From an uncultured Gammaproteobacteria bacterium (GTDB lineage Bacteria > Patescibacteriota > Patescibacteriia > Magasanikbacterales > GWA2-37-8): a stretch of 64,000 bases of DNA. The stretch's first letter is position 1. Each line of letters starts with the position of its first letter. The stretch is taken from NCBI GenBank assembly GCA_964634875.1, contig CAZWKA010000003.1, forward strand, positions 16,591 to 80,590. The letters are read 5' to 3'. The translations under genes were made by a program, and so were the position numbers. Below are positions 34,350 through 43,520 of the stretch, piece after piece. Under the pieces are notes generated by a model. It saw nothing but the letters and a program-made list of their open reading frames with translations, made no database searches and had not been told where the DNA came from.

Positions 34350-36398
34350 ATGCCTGCTAAACCTCAGCATTTCAGCAAGACGCCGACGCATTCCCAGGTA
34401 AAATCGAGACTGGCCGGTATTTTAATACTCGTTGTTTTTTGTGCAGTTGTGGCTGCGCCAGCCTACGCCAATAAAGGTATTGATTGGGTAAACAACACCG
34501 CCAACCTCGGGTTGCCCCGATTACCGGATAACGGTTACAACCTTGGTCTTGATCTCCAGGGTGGCGCACACCTCGTGTACCAAGCGAAAACAGATGCTAT
34601 TGCCGAAGCTGATAAAGCTAGTTCGGTTGAGGGTGTGCGTGATGTTATCGAGCGTCGTGTCCGTGGTGGTTTGGGTGTATCAGAACCGCTCGTCCAGACG
34701 ACTAAGGTTGGGAGTGATTACCGCATCATTGTTGAACTGCCTGGCGTGACGGATGTTAATCAGGCGATTAAGAGTATTGGCGAAACACCTGTTCTAGAAT
34801 TTAAAGAAGAAAATACTGCCCCACCACGGGAATTGACTGCAGCCGAAACAAAACAGCTCACTGATTTTAATAAAGCCGCTGATACAAAAGCGAAAGAAGC
34901 CCTTCGGGCAGTGCAGCGCGGCATGAACTTTGCTGAAGCCGCGGCTAAGTATAGTGAGGATGAAAAAACTAAGACCGCCGGCGGAGATCTAGGTTTTATT
35001 GATGAGACCGTCTATCCAGAATTATTTGCCTGGGCTAAAACCCACAAAGTAAATGAAGTCGGTAATGCTTTGGTTACGACGCCGACAGGTCTGAATGTCG
35101 TAAAAAAAGTAGCAGAAAAAGAGGGTGAAAAAGAAGTTACAGCTTCGCACTTGCTGATTTGTTTTGCCGGTGCCACGCGCTGTGATGACGCGCAATATTC
35201 TAAGGAAGATGCTCTTAAGAAAATCCAGGAAATTAAAGCAACGATTACTCCAAAAAACTTTGCCGAAAAGGCAAAAGAATTTTCGACTGAACCCGGGGCT
35301 GACCAGAGCGGTGGCGTACTTGGCACTTTTAAAAAAGGAGCTTTGGTAAAACCGTTTGAGGATGCTGTTTGGGATCAGAAAGTTGATACCATTTCTGAGC
35401 CAGTGGAAACGGAGTTTGGTTACCATCTTATCCATAAGACCGGTGAGGCAATCGCTAAGCAGTACCAGGTTGCTCGCATTTTGGTAGCCACTAAAACCAA
35501 GACAGATATCGTCCCACCAGCAGAACAGTGGAAATCAAGCGGCCTTACCGGTAAGCAGCTCGAACGAGCCGAGGTTACCCAAAACCAAATTACCGGAGAT
35601 ATCCAGGTAAGCCTTAATTTTGATGATGAAGGTTCTAAGTTATTTGCTGATATTACCGGCCGTAATGTGGGGAAAGCAGTAGCTGTTTTCCTTGACGGTG
35701 AAATTATCAGTGCCCCGGTTGTTAACGCGGCAATTACCACGGGGAGTGCGGTAATTACGGGTGGGTTTAGCTTGACTGACGCTAAGCTTTTGGCGCAGCG
35801 CCTTAATTCAGGTGCGTTGCCGGTACCAGTTGAGCTCCTCAGCCAGCAAACCGTGGACGCTACGCTTGGTGCTGATTCGCTTGATAAGAGTTTCCGTGCT
35901 GGTGTCTTTGGTTTGATTGCAGTTATGGTCTTTATGATTCTTTATTACCGCTTACCAGGCCTTTTGTCCGTACTATCCTTGGCTTTCTACGCCCTCCTGA
36001 GTTTGGCGGTATTCAAATTGATGGGTGTAACATTGACGCTCTCTGGTATTGCTGGGTTTATTCTTTCCATCGGTATGGCGGTTGACGCTAATGTGCTTGT
36101 ATTCGAGCGTCTTAAAGAAGAGTTGGCTGCGGGTCGAACGCTTAAGTCAGCTACTGAAGAAGCCTTTATTCGTTCGTGGCCTTCAATTCGTGATAGTCAT
36201 ATTACCGCCCTCATCAGCTGTGTCTTCTTGATTTGGTTTGGTACTGGGTTTATCCAAGGTTTTGCCGTTATCTTGGGAATTGGTACTTTAATTAACCTGT
36301 TTACCGCCATCACGGTAACGAGGACAGTCATGCGGTCGGTTTTCCCTTTCCTTAATGAAAAAGGAAATATTCTCTTTTTAGGATATAAAAAAGATTAA
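34350..36398 (+). CDS. secD: protein translocase subunit SecD with two inserted parvulin-type PPIase domains
   Basis: The SecD N-terminal TM helix and C-terminal 6-TM RND-like domain are present. Two parvulin signatures are inserted in the periplasmic domain: AGGDLGFIDETV and SGGVLGTFKKGALVKPFEDAVW. Confidence 0.8.
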   Translation: MPAKPQHFSKTPTHSQVKSRLAGILILVVFCAVVAAPAYANKGIDWVNNTANLGLPRLPDNGYNLGLDLQGGAHLVYQAKTDAIAEADKASSVEGVRDVIERRVRGGLGVSEPLVQTTKVGSDYRIIVELPGVTDVNQAIKSIGETPVLEFKEENTAPPRELTAAETKQLTDFNKAADTKAKEALRAVQRGMNFAEAAAKYSEDEKTKTAGGDLGFIDETVYPELFAWAKTHKVNEVGNALVTTPTGLNVVKKVAEKEGEKEVTASHLLICFAGATRCDDAQYSKEDALKKIQEIKATITPKNFAEKAKEFSTEPGADQSGGVLGTFKKGALVKPFEDAVWDQKVDTISEPVETEFGYHLIHKTGEAIAKQYQVARILVATKTKTDIVPPAEQWKSSGLTGKQLERAEVTQNQITGDIQVSLNFDDEGSKLFADITGRNVGKAVAVFLDGEIISAPVVNAAITTGSAVITGGFSLTDAKLLAQRLNSGALPVPVELLSQQTVDATLGADSLDKSFRAGVFGLIAVMVFMILYYRLPGLLSVLSLAFYALLSLAVFKLMGVTLTLSGIAGFILSIGMAVDANVLVFERLKEELAAGRTLKSATEEAFIRSWPSIRDSHITALISCVFLIWFGTGFIQGFAVILGIGTLINLFTAITVTRTVMRSVFPFLNEKGNILFLGYKKD

Positions 36399-36422
36399 TC
36401 CTCTCTTTACTAGCATGTCTCT

Positions 36423-37337
36423 ATGAAAAAAATTCCTTTTATTAAGTACCGAAAGACCTGGTTGGCACTTGCCTTGATTACCCTTGTTATTGGCGCAGGC
36501 ATGCTCTTGAAATGGGGTCTCAAGCCAGGTATCGATTTTACTGGTGGGTCACTTTTTGAACTGTCGTTTGGCAGTGCTGCTCCGGCAACAGAACAGATTG
36601 AACAGAATATAAAGAGTCAGGGTGTTGAAGAAGTGATTGTCCAGCGCTCAAGTGATAACCGTTTCATTATTCGTACTGGTTTTTTGAACGAAGACCAACA
36701 CCAGAAAGTTATCGGAGCACTCCGGAAAGAATTTGAGAATAAAGATCGTTCGCTTACCGAAGACCGGTTTGAGACTATCGGCGCCACCATAAGCCAGCAG
36801 CTCCGGCAGCGGTCACTCTGGGCGGTAATCCTCGTGAGTCTGAGTATTATTTTGTATGTTGCATTTGCTTTCCGTCAGGTTAATCGTCCGTTGCCTAGTT
36901 GGCAGTATGGTTTGATTGCAATCATAACCCTTTTGTATGTTGTTGTTATCGTTGGAGGTGTCTTTGCTGCGCTCGGCCGGTTTAAAGGGGTTGAAGTCGA
37001 CGTGGCGTTTGTGGTAGCAATATTGACTGTACTTGGCTATTCGGTAAATGATAGCATCGTCGTATATGACCGTATCCGCGAAAATTTAACCCGGAATCGA
37101 ATCGATGATTTTGGCGAGCTCGTTAATACCGGGCTTAATGAAACATTGGCTCGTTCAATTAATACCGTGGCAGCTGTTTTGTTTCCATTGTTTGCCCTGT
37201 ATTTTTTTGGCGGTTCGACTGTTCATTATTTTGCCTTAGCCTTGCTCCTGGGTATGGCTATTAGTACAATTTCTTCTATTTTTGTCGCCAGTCCGCTTTT
37301 GGTAGTAGCTGAAGAATGGCAGCGCAAGAAGGCCTAA
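36423..37337 (+). CDS. secF: protein translocase subunit SecF
   Basis: 304 aa. One TM helix, a periplasmic domain, then 5 TM helices. Immediately downstream of secD. Confidence 0.85.
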   Translation: MKKIPFIKYRKTWLALALITLVIGAGMLLKWGLKPGIDFTGGSLFELSFGSAAPATEQIEQNIKSQGVEEVIVQRSSDNRFIIRTGFLNEDQHQKVIGALRKEFENKDRSLTEDRFETIGATISQQLRQRSLWAVILVSLSIILYVAFAFRQVNRPLPSWQYGLIAIITLLYVVVIVGGVFAALGRFKGVEVDVAFVVAILTVLGYSVNDSIVVYDRIRENLTRNRIDDFGELVNTGLNETLARSINTVAAVLFPLFALYFFGGSTVHYFALALLLGMAISTISSIFVASPLLVVAEEWQRKKA

Positions 37338-37370
37338 GAAATTCTTGGACTCTTCGCAGTAAAAAATCAT

Positions 37371-37408
37371 CTTAACAATCTTGCCTTGCCAGGTAAGATT
37401 GTTTTTTT
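37371..37408 (+). terminator. rho-independent terminator after secF
   Basis: AACAATCTTGCC-ttgcc-AGGTAAGATTGTT followed by TTTTTT. Confidence 0.7.
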
Positions 37409-37503
37409 ATCAAGAATATGGTATATTCTCATTAAAGTATGAAAACACTGGGATGGTAAAACATGATCTCTTTTACTAGCGCGGTGTTTTAATGTTTTAT
37501 GGT

Positions 37504-37665
37504 ATGAGCGACTCCTTTATACGTCATATTGTGGCTCTTATCGCCACCCTTATTTGTTTGATGGCCTATTTTGCCGGGTATGTATCTGGCGGTTTTGGGT
37601 GGTGGTGGACAGGGTTTGCGTTGCTTATCATTTATGGCGGGGTGTACCGGATTATTGATAAGTAA
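37504..37665 (+). CDS. 53-aa two-helix membrane protein (not in ORF track; candidate pilin-like/VirB2-like subunit, speculative)
   Basis: ATG at 37504 and TAA at 37663-37665. Translation MSDSFIRHIVALIATLICLMAYFAGYVSGGFGWWWTGFALLIIYGGVYRIIDK. Ends 21 bp before the next gene. Confidence 0.3.
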   Translation: MSDSFIRHIVALIATLICLMAYFAGYVSGGFGWWWTGFALLIIYGGVYRIIDK

Positions 37666-37686
37666 ATTTGAAATTTGTAGTGCGGT

Positions 37687-39153
37687 ATGGAAACTTTTTT
37701 GACACTACCTTTTGGCATATCGTTCAGCCTCTCGTTTTGGCAGAACCTTTTTTTGTTACCTCCATACCAGCTCATTATCATGATTTTTGCGATCGGTGGC
37801 TGGGCAGTCTTGGCGCTTATTTTTTTCTTTATGGGCTCTGAGCTCTGGAAGGACTACCGCCAGGGTAAGTACACTAAAAATTGGCAGTGGGTTGTTTTAG
37901 CAGTAGATGTTCCGGCGCTTTTTATCCAAACGCCAAAAGCAGTTGAGCAGATTTTCGTACATCTGAGTGGGGCTAAAACAACCCCAAATGTGGGCGAAAA
38001 GTATTGGCAAGGTAAAAAGCAGAAGAGTTTTAGCTTTGAAATTGTCAGTATTGAAGGGTATATCCAGTTTTTAGTCCGTTCTGAAGTTGAATACCGTGAT
38101 TTAGTAGAGGCGGCTATTTATGCCCAGTATACTGAAGCCGAGATTACGGAGGTTGAAGATTACGTTGATAATATTCCTACGCACTATCCCCACCCAAATT
38201 ATGATATGTTTGGCATCGAATTTGCGCTCGATAAACCAAGTCCATTTCCCATTCGTACATACCCTAGTTTTGAGTATAACCTGAGTAAAGATGCGGTATT
38301 TAGTGACCCCATGGCGGCAATTCTGGAAAATTTTAGCCGTATTGGGCGAGGAGAAAATTTTTGGATGCAAATTATTTTAGAACCAATTAGTAGTAAGTGG
38401 AAAGAAGAGGGGATCGAACTTGTTAAATCAATTATAGCGAACAAGGGGTATTCGGGTGGACACGGAGGCCATGGTGGCGGTGGTAGCATGTTAACGGGTG
38501 CTTTGTCGGCAGTCATGGGGGTTTTGCACGTCATCATTAAAGAAATTGGCAGTGCACTTCTTGGTGGGGGCGAAGAGGAACATGGTGGAGGGCATGAGGA
38601 CGCACACGAAGAAGGCAAACTTAGTGACCTGTCACCTGGTAATAAGACGGTCATTGAGGCGGTTGAACAGAAAATTTCTAAAATTGGTTTTAAAACTAAG
38701 TTGCGTATTCTGTATGCGGCGCGTAAAGAAGTGTTTAACCCAAGCAAATGTCTTGACGGTTTTGTGGGGGCGATGAGTCAATTTAACATCCAAGACAGCA
38801 ATTCCCTGGTGCCGCACCATGATACTTCCGCGCAGTATTTATTTGCTAAATCCCGAACCGACCATCACAAACACCATTTTACTAGCGCTTTTAAGAAACG
38901 TAAGTTGAAGGCGCTTGGGGATCCTTATATCCTCAATATTGAAGAGCTAGCGACAATTTGGCATTTCCCGCTGCCGTTTGTTAAAACGCCACTTATTCAG
39001 AAAGCTGGTGCCAAGCGTGCCGAACCTCCGATGGGTCTACCCGTCGAAGCCAGCGAAAGCCCGCTCAAGCGCCGTACGCCGGTCCCTCAGGCAGCGCCGC
39101 CGCAATCAACCGTGCCGGTACAGGAAGCACCCGAAGATTTGCCCTATGGTTAA
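37687..39153 (+). CDS. membrane protein homologous to the N-terminal (non-ATPase) half of the VirB4-like ATPase at 48943..51498, with Gly/His-rich insert
   Basis: N-terminal TM helices. FEIVSIEGYIQFLVRSEVEYRDLVEAAIYAQYTEAEITEVEDY parallels FEIVVKENKISFYVAVPDKIRDLVEQQIHAQYPHAEITEESDY in the 851-aa protein. EELATIWHFPLPFVKTP parallels EEMASFWHLPVPHTETP. No P-loop. Confidence 0.5.
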   Translation: METFLTLPFGISFSLSFWQNLFLLPPYQLIIMIFAIGGWAVLALIFFFMGSELWKDYRQGKYTKNWQWVVLAVDVPALFIQTPKAVEQIFVHLSGAKTTPNVGEKYWQGKKQKSFSFEIVSIEGYIQFLVRSEVEYRDLVEAAIYAQYTEAEITEVEDYVDNIPTHYPHPNYDMFGIEFALDKPSPFPIRTYPSFEYNLSKDAVFSDPMAAILENFSRIGRGENFWMQIILEPISSKWKEEGIELVKSIIANKGYSGGHGGHGGGGSMLTGALSAVMGVLHVIIKEIGSALLGGGEEEHGGGHEDAHEEGKLSDLSPGNKTVIEAVEQKISKIGFKTKLRILYAARKEVFNPSKCLDGFVGAMSQFNIQDSNSLVPHHDTSAQYLFAKSRTDHHKHHFTSAFKKRKLKALGDPYILNIEELATIWHFPLPFVKTPLIQKAGAKRAEPPMGLPVEASESPLKRRTPVPQAAPPQSTVPVQEAPEDLPYG

Positions 39154-39186
39154 AAATAAAAACTGCCTCCATAAGTGGGGCAGTTT

Positions 39187-40104
39187 TTATTTTTCTTGGT
39201 AACGGTTTTCGGCGGCTAGGAGCGTATTGTAGAGTAGTAAGGCGATAGTGATGGGGCCGACACCTCCGGGGGTTGGGGTAACCGCTTGTGCCTTTTTAAT
39301 CACTTCTTCAATATTGACATCGCCAAACACCTTATTGTCTTCAATGGCGACCCCAGCATCGATTATAATACTGCCGGGTTTGACCATATTGCCGCGGATT
39401 AAATTCTTTTTGCCAACACCACTAATGAGTATGTCGGCACTTAGGCATTTTGCTTTGAGATTTTTGGTCTGGCTGTTACAGGTGGTGATGCTTGCTTTTA
39501 GGTTGGGCAAGATGATGCTCAGCGGTTTCCCGACTAAAAGTCCCATGCCAACAAGGCAAATATCTTTACCGGCCACGCTAATGCCAAGGCTGGCAATAAT
39601 TTCGAGAATCGCCCCGGCGGTCGGTGGAATAAACATATTTTTTCCAAGAACCATGCGGCCAATACTTGATTCGTTAAGACAATCAATGTCAAATTCAGGT
39701 TGAACCGCATTAATGAGTGTGGTTGTTTCAAGGTGTTTTGGAACAGGCAGTTGGATGATAAGCCCAGAGATTTTTTTACTACGCTGGATGCTTTTGATTT
39801 TCTTGAGAATAGTTTCTTCGGTGGTAGTGGTATCGAAGCGAAAGAGGGTAAAATCAATCCCTAGTGTTTTGGCAATCTCACCTTTTTTGCGCACGTAGGT
39901 CTCTGATGCCGGATTGTTGCCAATTAAAATAACTCCTAAGTGAGGAGTATGGCCGTTTTGATGCAGCACGCGCACGCGGCGGGCGGTTCGCCGGTTAATA
40001 GCGGTGGCAATTTTTTTTCCGTCTATGAGTGTTCCCATGGGAGTATTTTTGCCTAGTATAAGGCTGTTTTTAGTATTTGTCAATTTTGCCTTGAACTGAG
40101 CCAT
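39187..40104 (-). CDS. folD: bifunctional methylenetetrahydrofolate dehydrogenase/cyclohydrolase
   Basis: IDGKKIA...LGVILIGNNPASETYVRKK...GDVNIEEV...PTPGGVGPITIALLL motifs. An alternative ATG at 40038 lacks a Shine-Dalgarno sequence. Confidence 0.9.
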   Translation of the reverse strand: MAQFKAKLTNTKNSLILGKNTPMGTLIDGKKIATAINRRTARRVRVLHQNGHTPHLGVILIGNNPASETYVRKKGEIAKTLGIDFTLFRFDTTTTEETILKKIKSIQRSKKISGLIIQLPVPKHLETTTLINAVQPEFDIDCLNESSIGRMVLGKNMFIPPTAGAILEIIASLGISVAGKDICLVGMGLLVGKPLSIILPNLKASITTCNSQTKNLKAKCLSADILISGVGKKNLIRGNMVKPGSIIIDAGVAIEDNKVFGDVNIEEVIKKAQAVTPTPGGVGPITIALLLYNTLLAAENRYQEK

Positions 40105-40125
40105 CGCACCTAGTATACTGGTGTC

Positions 40126-41706
40126 ATGTGCTATTTTTCCGAACGTCAGCTTCGTTATTTCGGTGGTTTCCTTGTGGCAGTCTGGGCAATTTTTTTATTA
40201 GCCCGACCGATTAACTTAATGGTTGCCGATTTAGGACGGCATCTCCAGAATGGTCGCGTCATCGTTAATAGTGTTTTAGATGGTGATGCGTCAGCGCGGA
40301 ATGCGGTTTTACATACAAATTTTTATTCCCACACCCTATCACTTTTCCCGTTCATTAACCATCACTGGGGAAGTGGGGTAGTATTCTATGCCGTTTTCAT
40401 GGCAGGTGGTTTTACGGCACTCTCACTGTTTTTTATTCTCTTGAGTCTGGTAACCCTCTGTTTATTTTTTACCGCCGGGCTTAGGGGGAGTAATTTTTTT
40501 GTTGTTATCATTAGTTCGGTTTGGCTTGTTCCGCTTTTAGCCGACCGCACTGAAATAAGGCCTGAAATATTCAGTTATTTTTTCTTAGCTCTATTTTTTA
40601 CGCTCTTGTGGCGGCACACACGCGGGCAATTGCGGCGACATTGGTTGTTGTATCTGCTGCCCATTCTCCAGCTGGTGTGGGCTAATGTACACGTTTATTT
40701 CTTTTTAGGTTTGGTCTCTATCGGATCATTTTTTATCGAGGCATGGTTTGAGCGTCCTCGGGACTTGGTAAAAGTTAAGTTTTTGGGTAAGGTTGGTTTT
40801 CTTAGTATTGTTGCTGCCTGCATAACACCTTTTGGCCTTCGCGGGCTTTTGTATCCTTTGGCTATTTTTAAAAATTACGGGTATACCGTCCTTGAAAACC
40901 AGTCTTTATTTACGTTGGTTAAAAACGGGTTAACCTATCCTAACATCATTATTTTTTGTCTTACGGCAGTAGTCCTTATTGTGGGGTACGCAAGTATTAT
41001 TTTTCGTCAGCCGCGTTACTTTTTTAGAGCTGAGGTTTTACTGGTGTGCGTTGTCCTGGTTGCCGGATTCTTTGCTGTCCGTAACCTTGCCTTGTTGGGA
41101 TTTTTTGGGGTAGCTCTGCTACCGCTTCTGGCTGCGGAAGTTAAAAAGACTTTTTTTCCACAACGTAACTTTAGTAAAAAATGGCTAGTTATTGCTGGTA
41201 CAGCTGTCTTTTTTCTGACCATCGGATGTAATTGGGGGCGGCTTTCTATTCATGCCAAGAATTTTGGTGTCGGGCTTGCCCCAGGCGTTGCTCGGGCAGC
41301 TGAATTTATGCAAACACAAGGAATGGACGGGTCTTTATTTAATAATTTTGATAGTGGGGGATATCTTATTTGGTCCCTGCATCCCACTATTAAGGTATTT
41401 GTCGATAATCGACCAGAAGCGTATCCCGCACCCTTTTTTACTGAGCGATATATTCCTATGCAGTCTGATGATGAGACGTGGAAGAAAGAACTCTCGGTTG
41501 AAGATTTTGATACGATCTTTTTTTCGCTCAGCGAAAGCACTCCGTGGGGTCAGCGGTTTTTGGTGAATCGGGTGCAGGATCCTGCCTGGGCACCAGTTTA
41601 TTTAGATGCGTACGCACTTATTTTTTTACGCCGCACACCTGAGAACGCGGCAGTGATCAACGAGCATGAAGTTTCGCCCGATCGTTTTGGAATAACTGGT
41701 GATTAA
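40126..41706 (+). CDS. polytopic membrane protein (possibly GT-C-type glycosyltransferase-like)
   Basis: 526 aa. About 10 N-terminal TM helices plus a C-terminal soluble domain. No definitive motif recognised. Confidence 0.4.
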   Translation: MCYFSERQLRYFGGFLVAVWAIFLLARPINLMVADLGRHLQNGRVIVNSVLDGDASARNAVLHTNFYSHTLSLFPFINHHWGSGVVFYAVFMAGGFTALSLFFILLSLVTLCLFFTAGLRGSNFFVVIISSVWLVPLLADRTEIRPEIFSYFFLALFFTLLWRHTRGQLRRHWLLYLLPILQLVWANVHVYFFLGLVSIGSFFIEAWFERPRDLVKVKFLGKVGFLSIVAACITPFGLRGLLYPLAIFKNYGYTVLENQSLFTLVKNGLTYPNIIIFCLTAVVLIVGYASIIFRQPRYFFRAEVLLVCVVLVAGFFAVRNLALLGFFGVALLPLLAAEVKKTFFPQRNFSKKWLVIAGTAVFFLTIGCNWGRLSIHAKNFGVGLAPGVARAAEFMQTQGMDGSLFNNFDSGGYLIWSLHPTIKVFVDNRPEAYPAPFFTERYIPMQSDDETWKKELSVEDFDTIFFSLSESTPWGQRFLVNRVQDPAWAPVYLDAYALIFLRRTPENAAVINEHEVSPDRFGITGD

Positions 41707-41818
41707 TTTTTTGTTTTTACTGCTACGGGAAATTTTTGAAATAAAATAACGATAGCGTCAGCCGAATTTGCGGCACTAGGTTTTTTCGGGACTGCCAGGC
41801 CGTGTAGGATTGTAAAAA

Positions 41819-43075
41819 TTATTTTACAATCGGTACTTCTTTAATTGCCGTAGTAAAGCGTTGTGATTTGTGTTCGCTCAGCATACTCCATTTCTTTTTA
41901 ATGCCACTCCCAGCCATAAAAAGGGTGTCTTTTCCAAAATGACGGTTAACCTGGTCAACCGCTTTCATAAGTTCTTTATTTTTTTCAAACGCAACCGTTG
42001 TAAAGAGGTTTTGTTGAATCGTGTTTTCTGGTAGTAGCCCCACGCAGCAGACGCCGGCTTTGGCGTAGCGGTAGCCCTCACGGTAAATGGCGTCTACCAG
42101 CTCCATGGCCTTGCTAACTAAGAGTGGGGTGTATGAACTGGCTACGGGCAGGTGAATGCCTTTGCTGCCGATGTATTTTTTATCAAGGTTAAAATGGTTG
42201 GTGCGGATGTAAATATAAAAATATGAGGTTACTAATTTCTCCTCGCGCAGTTTTGCTGCGGCGCGTTCGGTGTATGTTGCCACCGCTTCTTTGAGCTCGT
42301 CTTTGGTAGTGATCGGTGTGCCAAACGAGCGCGTGCACATAATGCCTTTTTTTGGTTCCGGATTATCATCCAGCTTGAAGCAGGGGATGCCGCGCAGCTC
42401 GTAGACAATATGAAGGCCAGAGATGCTCAGATTTTTACGGATCCAAGCGTCTGGGCGGGCAAGGAGTTGTCCGGCGGTCATGACACCAAGCACCTTTAAT
42501 TTTTTGGTTGATTTTCGGCCGATGCCCCAGAGCTCTTCAACAGGTAGGTCGTGCAGGATGAAGTCTACGTCCTCGTTGGCAATGTCGCAGACACCGTTAA
42601 AGTAGGGGTATTTTTTGGCTAGGTGGTTTGCTACTTTGGCAAGAACCTTAGTTTTGGCAATACCGATTGAAACCGGGATGCGTGTCCACTGACGCACGGT
42701 CTGACGAATTTTTTGCCCTAAGGCTTCATTGCCCTGATCACCGGTAAATTTTAAGAAAGCTTCATCGATGGAATATACCTCTATTTCATCAGTGAATTGT
42801 TCAAGGGTCGTCATAACCCGCTGTGAGATGTCACCGTAGAGTGAAAAATTTGATGAAAAGACTTTGACATTATTTTTCTGAATAATATCTTTATATTTAA
42901 AGCATGGCGCCCCCATAGGAATACCTAAGTCTTTTACTTCTTTGGAACGCGAAATAAAGCAGCCGTCGTTATTCGACAAAACAGCTACCGGCACTTTTTC
43001 GAGAGCTGGTTGAAACGCTCGTTCACACGAGACAAAAAAATTATTGCAATCGACGAGAGCAAAGACTTCGGACAC
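41819..43075 (-). CDS. umuC: Y-family translesion DNA polymerase (UmuC-like)
   Basis: N-terminal ALVDCNNFFVSCE...VLSNNDGC...SIDEAF motifs. Confidence 0.85.
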   Translation of the reverse strand: MSEVFALVDCNNFFVSCERAFQPALEKVPVAVLSNNDGCFISRSKEVKDLGIPMGAPCFKYKDIIQKNNVKVFSSNFSLYGDISQRVMTTLEQFTDEIEVYSIDEAFLKFTGDQGNEALGQKIRQTVRQWTRIPVSIGIAKTKVLAKVANHLAKKYPYFNGVCDIANEDVDFILHDLPVEELWGIGRKSTKKLKVLGVMTAGQLLARPDAWIRKNLSISGLHIVYELRGIPCFKLDDNPEPKKGIMCTRSFGTPITTKDELKEAVATYTERAAAKLREEKLVTSYFYIYIRTNHFNLDKKYIGSKGIHLPVASSYTPLLVSKAMELVDAIYREGYRYAKAGVCCVGLLPENTIQQNLFTTVAFEKNKELMKAVDQVNRHFGKDTLFMAGSGIKKKWSMLSEHKSQRFTTAIKEVPIVK

Positions 43076-43080
43076 AGAGG

Positions 43081-43518
43081 TTATTTTACTTGACGAACCA
43101 CACCGGTCACGACACCGAGAATGGTAAAATTGTCGTCGGGGTTAATAAGGAGTGGGGCATAGTCCGGGTTTTCGGCTTTGAGCCAGGTTTTGCCTTTATC
43201 CTGCCAAAAGCGTTTCACGAGGAATTCACCTTCTACTGCCGCGACTACAATTTTATTGTGCATGGGTCGAAGCGATGCGTCAACCACGAGCAAGTCGCCG
43301 TCACAAATAGCGGCGCCTTCCATAGAAGAGCCGCTGACGCGAACCAGGTAGGTAGCCGGACGATTGTGGATTAAAAGATCGTTCAGATCAATTGTGTCTT
43401 CCACGTAGTCGTCAGCAGGGGATGGAAAACCTGCGGAAAGCGGGCTCGAGTATAAAGGGAGTGTGGTCGTTTTGCTGGGGCGCGGTAGAAATAGTTTTGT
43501 AGTTTTAGAAAGTTCCAT
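43081..43518 (-). CDS. umuD: LexA/UmuD-like S24 peptidase (UmuD)
   Basis: Ser-Lys dyad context VSGSSMEGA ... VKRF. Stop lies 5 bp before the umuC start. Confidence 0.75.
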   Translation of the reverse strand: MELSKTTKLFLPRPSKTTTLPLYSSPLSAGFPSPADDYVEDTIDLNDLLIHNRPATYLVRVSGSSMEGAAICDGDLLVVDASLRPMHNKIVVAAVEGEFLVKRFWQDKGKTWLKAENPDYAPLLINPDDNFTILGVVTGVVRQVK

Positions 43519-43520
43519 AG

